Positions 24,915-33,478 of a stretch of 41,831 nt of DNA are shown piece by piece. A model generated the notes under the pieces. It ran no database searches, was not told where the DNA came from, and was given only the letters and a program-made list of their open reading frames with translations. This DNA is from a virus. The translations under genes were made by a program, and so were the position numbers. Numbering within the stretch: position 1 is the first letter of the stretch; the number at the start of each line of letters is the position of its first letter. The stretch is from IMG/VR virus record IMGVR_UViG_3300029378_000011; one strand, 5' to 3'.

Positions 24915-25108
24915 TCGAAACCATGACGCTGCACCAGGCATCGAAGTATCTTAGAGATAAAGGCTTGAGCCTTTGTTCTGACACTCTGGCCGACGGCCTG
25001 GAGCAGGGCGTGTACCCCTTCGGCGTGTGCATCCGCACCGACCGCAGCCGGGTATTTCAGATTTTCAAAAAGAAGCTGGATGCGTGGATCGCAGAGCGGG
25101 AGGAGTAA
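24911..25108 (+). CDS. Excisionase-like / small DNA-binding protein
   Basis: 65 aa. MTLHQASKYL....GL..G.YPFG....DRSRVFQIF resembles small phage HTH/Xis proteins. Confidence 0.4.
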   Translation: MIETMTLHQASKYLRDKGLSLCSDTLADGLEQGVYPFGVCIRTDRSRVFQIFKKKLDAWIAEREE

Positions 25109-25110
25109 AC

Positions 25111-25203
25111 ATGGACGGGTACACATTGACTTTGGTCATCATCGGAGCCGCAACGGTGAGTTATTGGCTCATGCGGCTGGTGGACAAGCTGGACGGGAAG
25201 TAA
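25111..25203 (+). CDS. Possible 30-aa membrane peptide
   Basis: GGGAGGAG RBS. MDGYTLTLVIIGAATVSYWLMRLVDKLDGK. Confidence 0.3.
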   Translation: MDGYTLTLVIIGAATVSYWLMRLVDKLDGK

Positions 25204-25223
25204 CACAAACGGAGGGAAAGACG

Positions 25224-26234
25224 ATGAAAGCATACAAGGGATTTGATAAAGACCTGAAATGCAGAGAATTTCAGTACGAAGTAGGTAAGGAGTATGAGGA
25301 GGAAAACTCCGCTCTGTGCAAAAAGGGATTCCACGCCTGTGAAAACCCGCTGGACACGTTCCGGTACTATAGACCGACAGATAGCCGGTACTGCGAGGTT
25401 GATGTGGACGACAACGGCGAACGCAACAGCACTGACAGTAAGGTTTGCGGCAAACATATTAAGATTAGCGCAGAGATCGGTCTGAAAGGCGTTATCAACG
25501 CCGGTGTGCGGTTTGTGTTTGACAAGTGCGAGAGCGCAACCGAGGAAAACGCATCGGGTGAGAGGGGCAACGCCGCCGCATCCGGTGAGAGTGGCAACGC
25601 CGCCGCATCGGGTAATCTGGGCAACGCCGCCGCATCCGGTTGGAGTGGCAACGCCGCCGCATCCGGTTGGAGTGGCAACGCCGCCGCATCGGGTAATCTG
25701 GGCAACGCCGCCGCATCCGGTTGGAGGGGCAACGCCGCCGCATCCGGTTGGAGGGGCAACGCCGCCGCATCGGGTAATCTGGGCAACGCCGCCGCATCCG
25801 GTGAGAGGGGCAACGCCGCCGCATCCGGTTGGAGGGGCAACGCCGCCGCATCCGGTTGGAGTGGCAACGCCGCCGCATCGGGTGAGAGTGGCAACGCCGC
25901 CGCATCGGGTGAGAGGGGCAACGCCGCCGCATCCGGTGAGAGTGGCAACGCCGCCGCATCCGGTTGGAGGGGCAACGCCGCCGCATCCGGTTGGAGGGGC
26001 ACGGCTGTCGTAACCGGCTTCGCTGGGAGAGCGACCGCATTGGGCGAACAGTGCCTTGCTGTGGCATGGGGCGAAGATAGCCTTGCAAGAGGCACTGTGG
26101 GCAACTGGATTGTCGTTTCTGAGCGTGACGATGATGGCAACATCATTGATGTCAAAATTGCAAAGGTGGACGGCGATACCGTCAAGGCGGACACATGGTA
26201 CAAACTGGTGAACGGCGAGATCATGGAGGCTTAG
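25224..26234 (+). CDS. Phage repeat protein: a KAYKGF...CRxFQYE...GFHAC.NPLD N-terminal domain (DUF7666-like) followed by 17 nonapeptide repeats
   Basis: ACGGAGGGAAAG RBS. The repeat is ASG-xx-GNAA, where xx is ER, ES, NL, WS or WR. Confidence 0.7.
   Translation: MKAYKGFDKDLKCREFQYEVGKEYEEENSALCKKGFHACENPLDTFRYYRPTDSRYCEVDVDDNGERNSTDSKVCGKHIKISAEIGLKGVINAGVRFVFDKCESATEENASGERGNAAASGESGNAAASGNLGNAAASGWSGNAAASGWSGNAAASGNLGNAAASGWRGNAAASGWRGNAAASGNLGNAAASGERGNAAASGWRGNAAASGWSGNAAASGESGNAAASGERGNAAASGESGNAAASGWRGNAAASGWRGTAVVTGFAGRATALGEQCLAVAWGEDSLARGTVGNWIVVSERDDDGNIIDVKIAKVDGDTVKADTWYKLVNGEIMEA
25557..26015 (+). repeat. 27-bp tandem repeat: 16 near-perfect copies and 1 degenerate copy
   Basis: ggt-NNNNNN-ggcaacgccgccgcatc(c/g). 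Only the two variable codons and the last base differ between copies. Confidence 0.9.
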
Positions 26235-26236
26235 TA

Positions 26237-26557
26237 ATGTATTTGTGTGATTATTGTGGGGCGGCGTTCCAGTCGTTGGATTACATCGAGGAAAAATCCG
26301 ATGAGTGCGGAAACAGCATAATTTATGTCTGCCCAGAGTGCGGAGAGGAGATTATCCCCGGAGAAGCGGATGAATGTCCTGTTTGCCACGGCTGGAAGCC
26401 GATGAAGTCTGCTATGTGCCACAAGTGCGAGCTGGAAACAATCGGAAATTTCAAGCTGGCTATACGGAAGTTCTCCGATGTGCAGCTTGATTATATTTCC
26501 GAGCTGACGGAGGGTGAGTATCTCTCGGAGTTTTTGCATAAGGGGGGCTTGGGATGA
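26237..26557 (+). CDS. Zinc-ribbon protein (106 aa)
   Basis: CDYC...CPEC...CPVC...CHKC, four CxxC pairs. Confidence 0.55.
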   Translation: MYLCDYCGAAFQSLDYIEEKSDECGNSIIYVCPECGEEIIPGEADECPVCHGWKPMKSAMCHKCELETIGNFKLAIRKFSDVQLDYISELTEGEYLSEFLHKGGLG

Positions 26558-26754
26558 TAAACGGCGTCCTCCGGTACATAAAAGCTACAGTGGAAATCCC
26601 ATTCCCAGAGGGAAAAATGTGCTGTACCCTCTGCCCACTTTTGGAGACGTATTCGCGAAATCAATGCCGCCGCACGGGGGAGTATTTGCTGGACACACGA
26701 ATCGTCGGGGCATATTGCCCGCTACAAGTTGTTGATGAGGAGAAAACCGAATGA
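26554..26754 (+). CDS. Small Cys-rich protein (66 aa)
   Basis: AAGGGGGG RBS. CCTLCP...C...CP. Confidence 0.5.
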   Translation: MINGVLRYIKATVEIPFPEGKMCCTLCPLLETYSRNQCRRTGEYLLDTRIVGAYCPLQVVDEEKTE

Positions 26755-27344
26755 TGAATATCTACGAGAAAATCGCTGCAATCATGCAGGATGTCCAGTA
26801 TTTGGCAAAGGACGATCATGTAGAGTTTGGCAGCACCAAATACAAGGCACTGAGCGAGGAGAAAGTAACCTCCATCATGCGTGCGGAACTGCTGAAACAC
26901 AAACTGGTTGTATACCCCATCGCACAGACAGCTGTGAGAACTGGGAACATTACCCATGTAGATGTGATTTACCGCATGGTCAACGTGGAAAACCCGGAGG
27001 AATACATCGAGATTGCATCCTGCGGAGATGGCGCAGACACACAAGACAAGGGCAGCGGCAAGGCCATGACCTATGCGTTTAAGTATATGTGGCTGCGGAC
27101 CTTTGCGCTTCCCACCGGCGAGGACCCGGACAAAATTTCCTCCGCCGAGCTGGACGAGAAGGAGCGGAACGCCGCTCCGGTGTGTGAGCGATGTGGAGCT
27201 GACATTGTGTCCGTCAAGAAGCGCAACGGCGAAATGTGGACGGTAAAGGACATGGTTAAGTACTCCAAGGGCCGCTACGGAGCGCAGATGTGCGCCGACT
27301 GCATGAAGGCCGCGAAGAAGGAGCAGGGCAATGTTGCAGGCTGA
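26751..27344 (+). CDS. erf: ERF-family single-strand annealing protein
   Basis: DKGSGKAMTYAFKYMWLRTFALPTGEDPD motif, with a C-terminal CxxC...CxxC. Confidence 0.75.
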   Translation: MMNIYEKIAAIMQDVQYLAKDDHVEFGSTKYKALSEEKVTSIMRAELLKHKLVVYPIAQTAVRTGNITHVDVIYRMVNVENPEEYIEIASCGDGADTQDKGSGKAMTYAFKYMWLRTFALPTGEDPDKISSAELDEKERNAAPVCERCGADIVSVKKRNGEMWTVKDMVKYSKGRYGAQMCADCMKAAKKEQGNVAG

Positions 27345-27891
27345 TGTGACCGCCGCACGGTGGCAGCAGGACAGCGATGGGGCGTGGCTGTGCCTCCGGG
27401 TGCAGTCCCCCACCTCTGCAATGACCATCTGTGACGAGATGAAGCCGGACAAGCAGTATGTGGCGCAGATCAAGCGCAAGGGCAGGAGCCTTGACGCAAA
27501 TGCTTATGCGTGGGTTTTGCTGGATAAACTGGCGGCACACTATGGGATTCCGAGGAATGATGTGTACCGGAAAGAAATCAGGATCATCGGTGGTGTGAGC
27601 GATGTCGTGTGCATGGTATCAAAGGCGGCGGACGAGTTCTGCCGCAGATGGGAGGCGAAAGGAACCGGCTGGATGGCGGAACAAGGGCCAAGCAAAATTC
27701 CTGGCTGCGTGAACGTGGCGGTTTGGTACGGCTCAAGCACCTACGACACAGAGCAGATGTCACGGCTGATTGACCAGATCGTTTCCGATTGCCGAGAAGC
27801 TGGAATCGAGACTATGACACCGCAGAAGTTGGATGCGCTAAAATCCCGCTGGGGCGAAGCTCAGCCGCTGGGAGGTGATAAAGGTGACTGA
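27331..27891 (+). CDS. NinB/Orf-like recombination mediator
   Basis: RSLDANAYAWVLLDKLA and YGSSTYDTEQMSRLIDQIV parallel RSLDQNRKLWACLGDVS and GQSTSRMRVGEFAELLELI of lambda Orf (from memory). Confidence 0.5.
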   Translation: MLQADVTAARWQQDSDGAWLCLRVQSPTSAMTICDEMKPDKQYVAQIKRKGRSLDANAYAWVLLDKLAAHYGIPRNDVYRKEIRIIGGVSDVVCMVSKAADEFCRRWEAKGTGWMAEQGPSKIPGCVNVAVWYGSSTYDTEQMSRLIDQIVSDCREAGIETMTPQKLDALKSRWGEAQPLGGDKGD

Positions 27892-28165
27892 TGAAAGACG
27901 GTGTTTTCTGTGCGGCAGAAATGGCGCAAGTGAACCGCTGGAGCGGCACCACATCTTCGGCGGTGCGTACCGAAACAAGAGCGAGAAATACGGCCTTGTG
28001 GTGTATCTCTGCGGCGAACGATGCCACAGGAACGGTGGAAACGCTGTACACCGAAACGGGAATCAAATGCGTCTGCTTCGCCGATACGGTCAGTTAAAGG
28101 CCATGCAGGAACAGAGATGGACAGAAGATGACTTCCGCCGTGAATTTGGAAAAAGCTATTTGTAA
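27884..28165 (+). CDS. Zinc-binding HNH-like small protein
   Basis: GTG at 27884 follows GGGAGGTG. CFLCG....HHIFGG......C...CH. Confidence 0.4.
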   Translation: MTDERRCFLCGRNGASEPLERHHIFGGAYRNKSEKYGLVVYLCGERCHRNGGNAVHRNGNQMRLLRRYGQLKAMQEQRWTEDDFRREFGKSYL

Positions 28166-28176
28166 GGAGGAAAACG

Positions 28177-28557
28177 ATGGTAAACAGAATGATTTTGCAG
28201 GGGCGGCTTTGCTCTGACCCCGAATTGCGCCGCACCAACAGCGGAACAGCGGTGTGCAGTTTCCGGGTGGCGTGGAGTGAGAAGGTAAAGGACAGAGAAA
28301 CGAAGCTGTTTCTCCCATGCGTGGCATGGCAGAGCACGGCAGAGATGATTTGCAAGCACTTTTCTAAGGGCAAGGAGATCATCGTGGAGGGCAAACTTTC
28401 CAGCCGGGAATACGAGGATAACAGCGGCAACAAGCGCACGGTGGTGGAGCTGACGGCGGACCGGGTACATTTCTGCGGCAGCAAGGACAGCGCACCACAG
28501 AAGCCCGCACAGACATTCGAGGAGATTTCCGAGGACGACGGCGATTTTCCGTTCTAA
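28177..28557 (+). CDS. ssb: Single-stranded DNA-binding protein
   Basis: OB-fold N-terminus NRMILQGRL..DPELR.T..G and an acidic tip DDGDFPF. Confidence 0.9.
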   Translation: MVNRMILQGRLCSDPELRRTNSGTAVCSFRVAWSEKVKDRETKLFLPCVAWQSTAEMICKHFSKGKEIIVEGKLSSREYEDNSGNKRTVVELTADRVHFCGSKDSAPQKPAQTFEEISEDDGDFPF

Positions 28558-28573
28558 TTGGAGGTGACGAGGG

Positions 28574-28747
28574 ATGACATTTGACGCGATTATCTACGAT
28601 GCCGATAGCATCCGAGACGCACTTTCCGATTCTCTTACTAACAATGTCTTACGAATTGATGATCTTTCGGAGGAGGATGCAGGGCAGTTAGCCAGCATTT
28701 TTACGGATCACGGAATCGGTATTTGCCTACTTCCGCGCAAGGAGTAA
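28574..28747 (+). CDS. Hypothetical small acidic protein (57 aa)
   Basis: Hand-translated. GGAGGTG RBS. Confidence 0.4.
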   Translation: MTFDAIIYDADSIRDALSDSLTNNVLRIDDLSEEDAGQLASIFTDHGIGICLLPRKE

Positions 28748-28751
28748 GTGC

Positions 28752-29384
28752 ATGGCTGATATGACATACATCAAGCTGTTCATCGATTACTTAGATGCGA
28801 TAGAGCCGCTCGGTGACGCAGAGAGGGGGCGGCTTTTCACTTCCTTGTTGATTTATGCAAGGACGGGCGAAGCCCCGCAGCTCGGCGGGAACGAACGGTT
28901 TTTATTCCCGATGATGCGGGCGCAGATAGATCGAGACAACTCCGCAATGGATAGTTTATCCGACGCACGAAGCGAAGCCGGAAGAAAGGGGGCAGAAGCA
29001 AAGCAAGCAAATGCCAGATTTGCCAAGCAAAACAAGCAAATGCAAGATTTGCCAAGCAAAACAAGCAAAGACAAAGACAAAGACAAAGACAAAGACAAAG
29101 ACAAAGACAACAGCGCGTCGCCGTTTGAATTGTTTTGGGCGGCATATCCCCGAAAAGTCGGAAAGCAGGCCGCAAAGAAAGCATTTTCCAAGGTTTCTGT
29201 GCCGGTTAAAACGCTTATCGATGCCGTCAACAGTCAGAAAAACAGCGAACAGTGGCGCAGGGATAACGGTCAATACATCCCAAACCCAGCCACATGGCTG
29301 AATCAAGGCCGATGGGATGATGTGCTGACGGAGGCCGGAGCGCAACCAACGAAGGAGGAATACCATGTCGGAATATGGCTGTGA
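28752..29384 (+). CDS. Replisome organiser / replication initiator (DnaD-related C-terminal module)
   Basis: FELFWAAYPRKVGKQAAKKAF ... IPNPATWLNQGRWDD. It lies upstream of the DnaC-like loader and contains internal repeats. Confidence 0.65.
   Translation: MADMTYIKLFIDYLDAIEPLGDAERGRLFTSLLIYARTGEAPQLGGNERFLFPMMRAQIDRDNSAMDSLSDARSEAGRKGAEAKQANARFAKQNKQMQDLPSKTSKDKDKDKDKDKDKDNSASPFELFWAAYPRKVGKQAAKKAFSKVSVPVKTLIDAVNSQKNSEQWRRDNGQYIPNPATWLNQGRWDDVLTEAGAQPTKEEYHVGIWL
29004..29108 (+). repeat. Iteron-like repeats inside the initiator gene: a 29-bp unit in 2.3 copies (each with the GCAAAT-n5-ATTTGC inverted repeat), then (AAAGAC)x7
   Basis: Read directly. The units start at 29004, 29033 and 29062. 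The hexamer run spans 29067-29108. Confidence 0.8.
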
Positions 29385-30033
29385 CATCTGCGGCGGGCTG
29401 GGCTACACCGTCCGGCGCACGGAAAGCGGAGAGCTGGTGAGCAGAACCTGCAAATGCGAGATCATCCGCCGAAGCAGGATGCGCATGGAGCGTTCTGGGC
29501 TGGCCGGTCTGCTGGACAGTTGCACATTCGGGACATTCCAAACGCGGGAGTATTGGCAACAGGCCGCAAAACAGGCGGCGGAGAAGTATTTGACCGACTG
29601 GAAGGGCAAGTGGTTTTTCATCGGCGGCTCTCCCGGCACTGGGAAAACCCACCTGTGTACGGCGATTTGCGCCAAGCTGATGGACGGCGGAATCCCTGTC
29701 CGGTATGTGCAATGGCGGGGAGATATTCCGGCAATCAAGGCAAAGGTAAACGATGCGGAAGCATACGCCGAAGCCATGCAGCCGCTGAAAACCGTCCGTG
29801 CGCTGTATATCGACGATTTTCTCAAGGGGAGCGTAACGGATGCCGACAAAAACATCGCCTTTGACCTGCTGAATGCCAGGTATATCAAACCGGACGCAAT
29901 CACGATCATCTCCACGGAGCTGACCATTGACCGCATTTTGAGCTGGGATGAAGCCATCGGCAGCAGAATCAACCAGAGGGCGAGGGATTATATGCTGAAC
30001 ATCGGTAAAAAGCAGAATTGGAGGCTGAAATGA
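29365..30033 (+). CDS. DnaC/IstB-like AAA+ helicase loader
   Basis: Walker A GSPGTGKTH, Walker B LYIDDF, and an N-terminal Cys4 finger. Confidence 0.8.
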   Translation: MSEYGCDICGGLGYTVRRTESGELVSRTCKCEIIRRSRMRMERSGLAGLLDSCTFGTFQTREYWQQAAKQAAEKYLTDWKGKWFFIGGSPGTGKTHLCTAICAKLMDGGIPVRYVQWRGDIPAIKAKVNDAEAYAEAMQPLKTVRALYIDDFLKGSVTDADKNIAFDLLNARYIKPDAITIISTELTIDRILSWDEAIGSRINQRARDYMLNIGKKQNWRLK

Positions 30034-30692
30034 AAGTTTTGGTTGCCTGCGAAGAATCGCAGGAGGTATGCAAAGCGTTCCGCGCATTGGGGCATGAGGC
30101 ATATTCTTGCGACATTCAGGAGCCGTCCGGCGGACACCCAGAGTGGCATATTCTGGACGATGCCGTGGACGTTGTCAATAGACCTGGGTTTATTACCACA
30201 ATGGACGGCGCAACGCATATTGTTACTTGGGATTTGCTGATCGCACACCCGCCGTGCACATACCTCAGCAATGCAGGCGCGCGGCACTTGTGGAAAGGGC
30301 ATCAACTGCAAGCGGACAGGGTAATGCTCGGAATAAAGGCACGTGACTTTTTCATGGAGTTTTATCGTGCCGATATACCGCTTGTGGCGGTTGAGAATCC
30401 TGTACCGAGCAAGCTTTTTGTAATGCCGGAATACTCGCAAATTATCCAGCCATATCAATTTGGACATCCGTACACTAAAAGAACGTGCTTATGGTTGAGA
30501 AATTTACCACCGTTGGAGCCGACCAATATTGTTGAGCCGACAGCAACATGGTGTCCGAGCGGTAGCTACAGCCATAAGCACGGGAAACAGCATAAAGGTA
30601 TGTTTACCACGGATAGGGCCAAAAACCGCGCAAAGACCTTCCCCGGCATCGCCAGAGCAATGGCGGAGCAGTGGGGCGGATTGGAGGAATGA
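30030..30692 (+). CDS. DNA cytosine-C5 methyltransferase-like protein
   Basis: AHPPCTYLSNAG (PC motif IV) and VAVENP (motif VI). I could not identify a canonical FxGxG motif I. Confidence 0.5.
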   Translation: MKVLVACEESQEVCKAFRALGHEAYSCDIQEPSGGHPEWHILDDAVDVVNRPGFITTMDGATHIVTWDLLIAHPPCTYLSNAGARHLWKGHQLQADRVMLGIKARDFFMEFYRADIPLVAVENPVPSKLFVMPEYSQIIQPYQFGHPYTKRTCLWLRNLPPLEPTNIVEPTATWCPSGSYSHKHGKQHKGMFTTDRAKNRAKTFPGIARAMAEQWGGLEE

Positions 30693-31141
30693 CATTGCGG
30701 AACGAAGCTTTGTTTTCCAGCGATAAGAATTTCTGGGAAACGCCGCAAAAGTTGTTTGACGAACTGGACGCGGAGTTTCATTTCACGCTGGACGCTGCCG
30801 CCAGTGACGAAAACCACAAGTGCGCGCGGTATTTCACGCAAAATGATGATGGTTTGCGGCAAAATTGGGAGGGCGAAACGGTGTTTTGTAACCCGCCCTA
30901 CGGGAACAAGGAAACCGGACTGTGGACGGAAAAATGCTACCGCGAGGGACAGAAGCCGGGGACAACGGTTGTTCTACTGATTCCTGCGCGGACAGACAGA
31001 GCCAGCTTTCACGACTATGTTTTGGGCAATGCGGAAATTCGATTCCTGCGAGGTAGGCTGAAATTTGAGCTGGACGGAAAGCCGATGGGAACGGCGCCGT
31101 TTCCCAGCATGATTGCCATTTGGCGAGGAGGAATGACATGA
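30689..31141 (+). CDS. Phage N6-adenine DNA methyltransferase (Dam family, PF05869-like)
   Basis: FWETPQKLF, FTLDAAAS and CNPPYG motifs. ATGA overlap with the upstream gene. Confidence 0.75.
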   Translation: MTLRNEALFSSDKNFWETPQKLFDELDAEFHFTLDAAASDENHKCARYFTQNDDGLRQNWEGETVFCNPPYGNKETGLWTEKCYREGQKPGTTVVLLIPARTDRASFHDYVLGNAEIRFLRGRLKFELDGKPMGTAPFPSMIAIWRGGMT

Positions 31142-31437
31142 CCACATTACGCATGATTTCCGGCATTACATACACCCGGAAAAATCTTGAAGCATTGACC
31201 GGCATGCCGGACAGAGAGAACCGCCGGATGATACGGGAGCAGAGGCGGCAGGGTGTGCCTATCGTTGCCATGAAAGACGGCGGCTACAAGCTGGCGGAAA
31301 CGGAGGAAGAAAAGCAAGCCTTACTTTCCATGTACCGCAAGCGGGCATTGGACGAGCTGGGGACATACCGCCGCCTTGCCAGAGCTATGCAGGTGGACGG
31401 GCAGATGGAGATGGGAGGTGGAAATGGAACGGTTTAA
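31138..31437 (+). CDS. Hypothetical protein (99 aa)
   Basis: ATGA-type overlap. GAGGAGG RBS. Confidence 0.5.
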   Translation: MTTLRMISGITYTRKNLEALTGMPDRENRRMIREQRRQGVPIVAMKDGGYKLAETEEEKQALLSMYRKRALDELGTYRRLARAMQVDGQMEMGGGNGTV

Positions 31438-32509
31438 CACTCCGCTGACGAAAGAGGCGGCGAAATCACTGCTGGCTTTGGATTTAGAGGACAAGGTGAT
31501 TACCAGCTACGAGAAGCTGGACGAGTGGTACACCGCGTGGGGCGGCCAGTGTTATGTGTCATTTTCCGGAGGAAAGGACAGTACGGTGCTTTCATATCTG
31601 GCTGCAAGGTATCTATCGTCGTTCCGCACACCTCCGTGGCCGCTGAATCTTGTGTTTGTCAACACAGGCCTTGAGTACCCGGAGATACAGAAGTTTGTCA
31701 ATGAGTACGCAGATTGGCTGCGGAAGGAGTTCCCTCGCGTGACCGTCAACCTCCACCGCCTGCGTCCGAAGCTCAACATCCGGCAGGTGTTGACAAGGTA
31801 CGGCTATCCCGTCATCGGCAAAAAGCAGGCGCGTTTTATCCGCGATCTGCAAAACGCGCACGGGCAAAACGATGCAACGGTCAATCTGTATCTGACCGGC
31901 TACAACCGGCAGGGCGTGTACTGCTCGACGATGAAACTGGCGGACAAGTGGCATTATCTCAAGGATGCGCCGTTCCATATTAGCGAGCAGTGCTGCGACG
32001 TGATGAAAAAAGCACCCGCCAAGCGATACGAAGCTACGAGCGGATGTGTGCCGTTTACCGCGATGATGGCGAGCGAGAGCCAGCAGCGCGAAAAAGAGTG
32101 GAAGCGCACGGGCTGCAACGCCTTCGATGGAAAGCGCCCCATGAGCAAGCCTATGAGCTTCTGGACAGATCAGGACGTGCTTGCGTTCCTGAAAGACGAA
32201 AACATCCCGTATTGCAGCGTATACGGCGACATCGTGACGAGCGACGGCGAGAATGATTATCCGTCGACGCTCATCGAAAAGCCGCTGCACTGCACTGGCT
32301 GCCAGAGAACGGGGTGTGTTTTCTGCGGATTTGGAGCGCACCTCGAAAAGGGCGAAAACCGCTTTGAGCGCATGAAACACACACACCCGAAGCACTACGA
32401 ATTCTGCATCGGCGGTGGGGCGTATGACCCTGTGGACGGCTTGTGGAAGCCCACTGAAAAGGGGCTTGGATACGCCAGAGTATTGGACTACATCGGAGTG
32501 AGGTATTGA
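31424..32509 (+). CDS. PAPS-reductase / PP-loop ATPase family protein with a C-terminal Cys cluster (DndC/IbrA-like)
   Basis: SFSGGKDS PP-loop motif. C-terminal CTGCQRTGCVFCG. GGGAGGTGG RBS. Confidence 0.7.
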   Translation: MERFNTPLTKEAAKSLLALDLEDKVITSYEKLDEWYTAWGGQCYVSFSGGKDSTVLSYLAARYLSSFRTPPWPLNLVFVNTGLEYPEIQKFVNEYADWLRKEFPRVTVNLHRLRPKLNIRQVLTRYGYPVIGKKQARFIRDLQNAHGQNDATVNLYLTGYNRQGVYCSTMKLADKWHYLKDAPFHISEQCCDVMKKAPAKRYEATSGCVPFTAMMASESQQREKEWKRTGCNAFDGKRPMSKPMSFWTDQDVLAFLKDENIPYCSVYGDIVTSDGENDYPSTLIEKPLHCTGCQRTGCVFCGFGAHLEKGENRFERMKHTHPKHYEFCIGGGAYDPVDGLWKPTEKGLGYARVLDYIGVRY

Positions 32510-32510
32510 A

Positions 32511-32894
32511 ATGAGCATAAAAATTACCATACCCCTGCCGCCGGTTACAAAGAAAAACAGCCAGCGCATTATGCACAGCAGCAAGACAGGGAAATCGTTT
32601 ATCATGCCGTCGCAGAAGTACATCGATTACGAGGCAAAGGCCGTGTGGTACTGCAAAAAGGCTGGTGTGCATGAGCCGATAGATTACCCCGTGGAGGTTA
32701 AATGCCTGTTTTATATGCCAACCAGGCGGCGGGTGGATTTAACCAATCTGCTGGAGGCTGTGGACGATGTGCTGGTCAAGGCGCGGGTGCTGCTGGACGA
32801 CCACTGCGGCATTATTGTCAGCCATGACGGGAGCCGGGTGCTGTACGACAAGGAAAATCCACGCACGGAGGTGAGCATAACCGCCTATGAATGA
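32511..32894 (+). CDS. rusA: RusA-family Holliday junction resolvase
   Basis: PPVTKKNS..., RRRVDLTNLLEAVDDVLVKARVLLDD. Confidence 0.8.
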   Translation: MSIKITIPLPPVTKKNSQRIMHSSKTGKSFIMPSQKYIDYEAKAVWYCKKAGVHEPIDYPVEVKCLFYMPTRRRVDLTNLLEAVDDVLVKARVLLDDHCGIIVSHDGSRVLYDKENPRTEVSITAYE

Positions 32895-33462
32895 TTTTGA
32901 CTATGACATCGTGCAGAAAAAGCGTGTTGCAAGAGGGGCGTTTGCCCATGTGAACCGCAAGCGTGGGAAATGCAGATTGCCCAGTGATTACCTCACTGCG
33001 GCACAAAAGAGGGAGATGAACGGGAAAATGAAAACATACAACGCCACACGGCCTATGCCTTGGGAAGATTTCAAGGCGATGCCGGACGACATTAAGCGGG
33101 AATATCTACGGAATATGCAGTCTTGCGGCGGTGCAGCTACATACCTTGCGGAAGAAATGGGCTGTTGCAGTGCCACCATCATAGAGTGTGGGAAAAAACT
33201 GGGGGTGCCGTTTGTGCGAGGTGGTCGGAACTTTAACTTGTGGCAAAAGAAACTATCAGAGTGGCACACATCCGAAGTGGTGGAAGAAACGCCAGAAAAA
33301 CAGTCCGATGGACCAACGCCGGTGCGAAGTGCAGGACCGTTGCACGTGCGAAGTGCAGAACTGCTTCACGCACGGCTGACCATACGGGGAGGCCGGGAAA
33401 GTGTTTTGCAAAATCTACGCATGCTTATGCCGGATGAATGTGAAGTCACGGTTGAGTGGTGA
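32887..33462 (+). CDS. Hypothetical protein (191 aa), possibly DNA-binding
   Basis: ORF only. It contains an internal 24-bp duplication (GTGCGAAGTGCAG at 33322 and 33346). Confidence 0.5.
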   Translation: MNDFDYDIVQKKRVARGAFAHVNRKRGKCRLPSDYLTAAQKREMNGKMKTYNATRPMPWEDFKAMPDDIKREYLRNMQSCGGAATYLAEEMGCCSATIIECGKKLGVPFVRGGRNFNLWQKKLSEWHTSEVVEETPEKQSDGPTPVRSAGPLHVRSAELLHARLTIRGGRESVLQNLRMLMPDECEVTVEW

Positions 33463-33478
33463 GAGGAGGAAAAAACTT

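Noticed and set aside
25557-26015. 27-bp repeat array considered as a CRISPR array
   Set aside because: The repeats are directly tandem with no spacers, and they are in frame within a long ORF encoding a nonapeptide repeat. No cas genes are present.
25224-26234. Diversity-generating retroelement target (variable dipeptides)
   Set aside because: There is no reverse transcriptase gene and no template repeat elsewhere in the genome. The variation is between tandem units and is not adenine-specific.
29067-29108. (AAAGAC)x7 microsatellite as an assembly artefact or non-coding spacer
   Set aside because: It is in frame within the initiator ORF, encodes (KD)7, and is flanked by coherent coding sequence. 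It is kept as part of the origin hypothesis instead.
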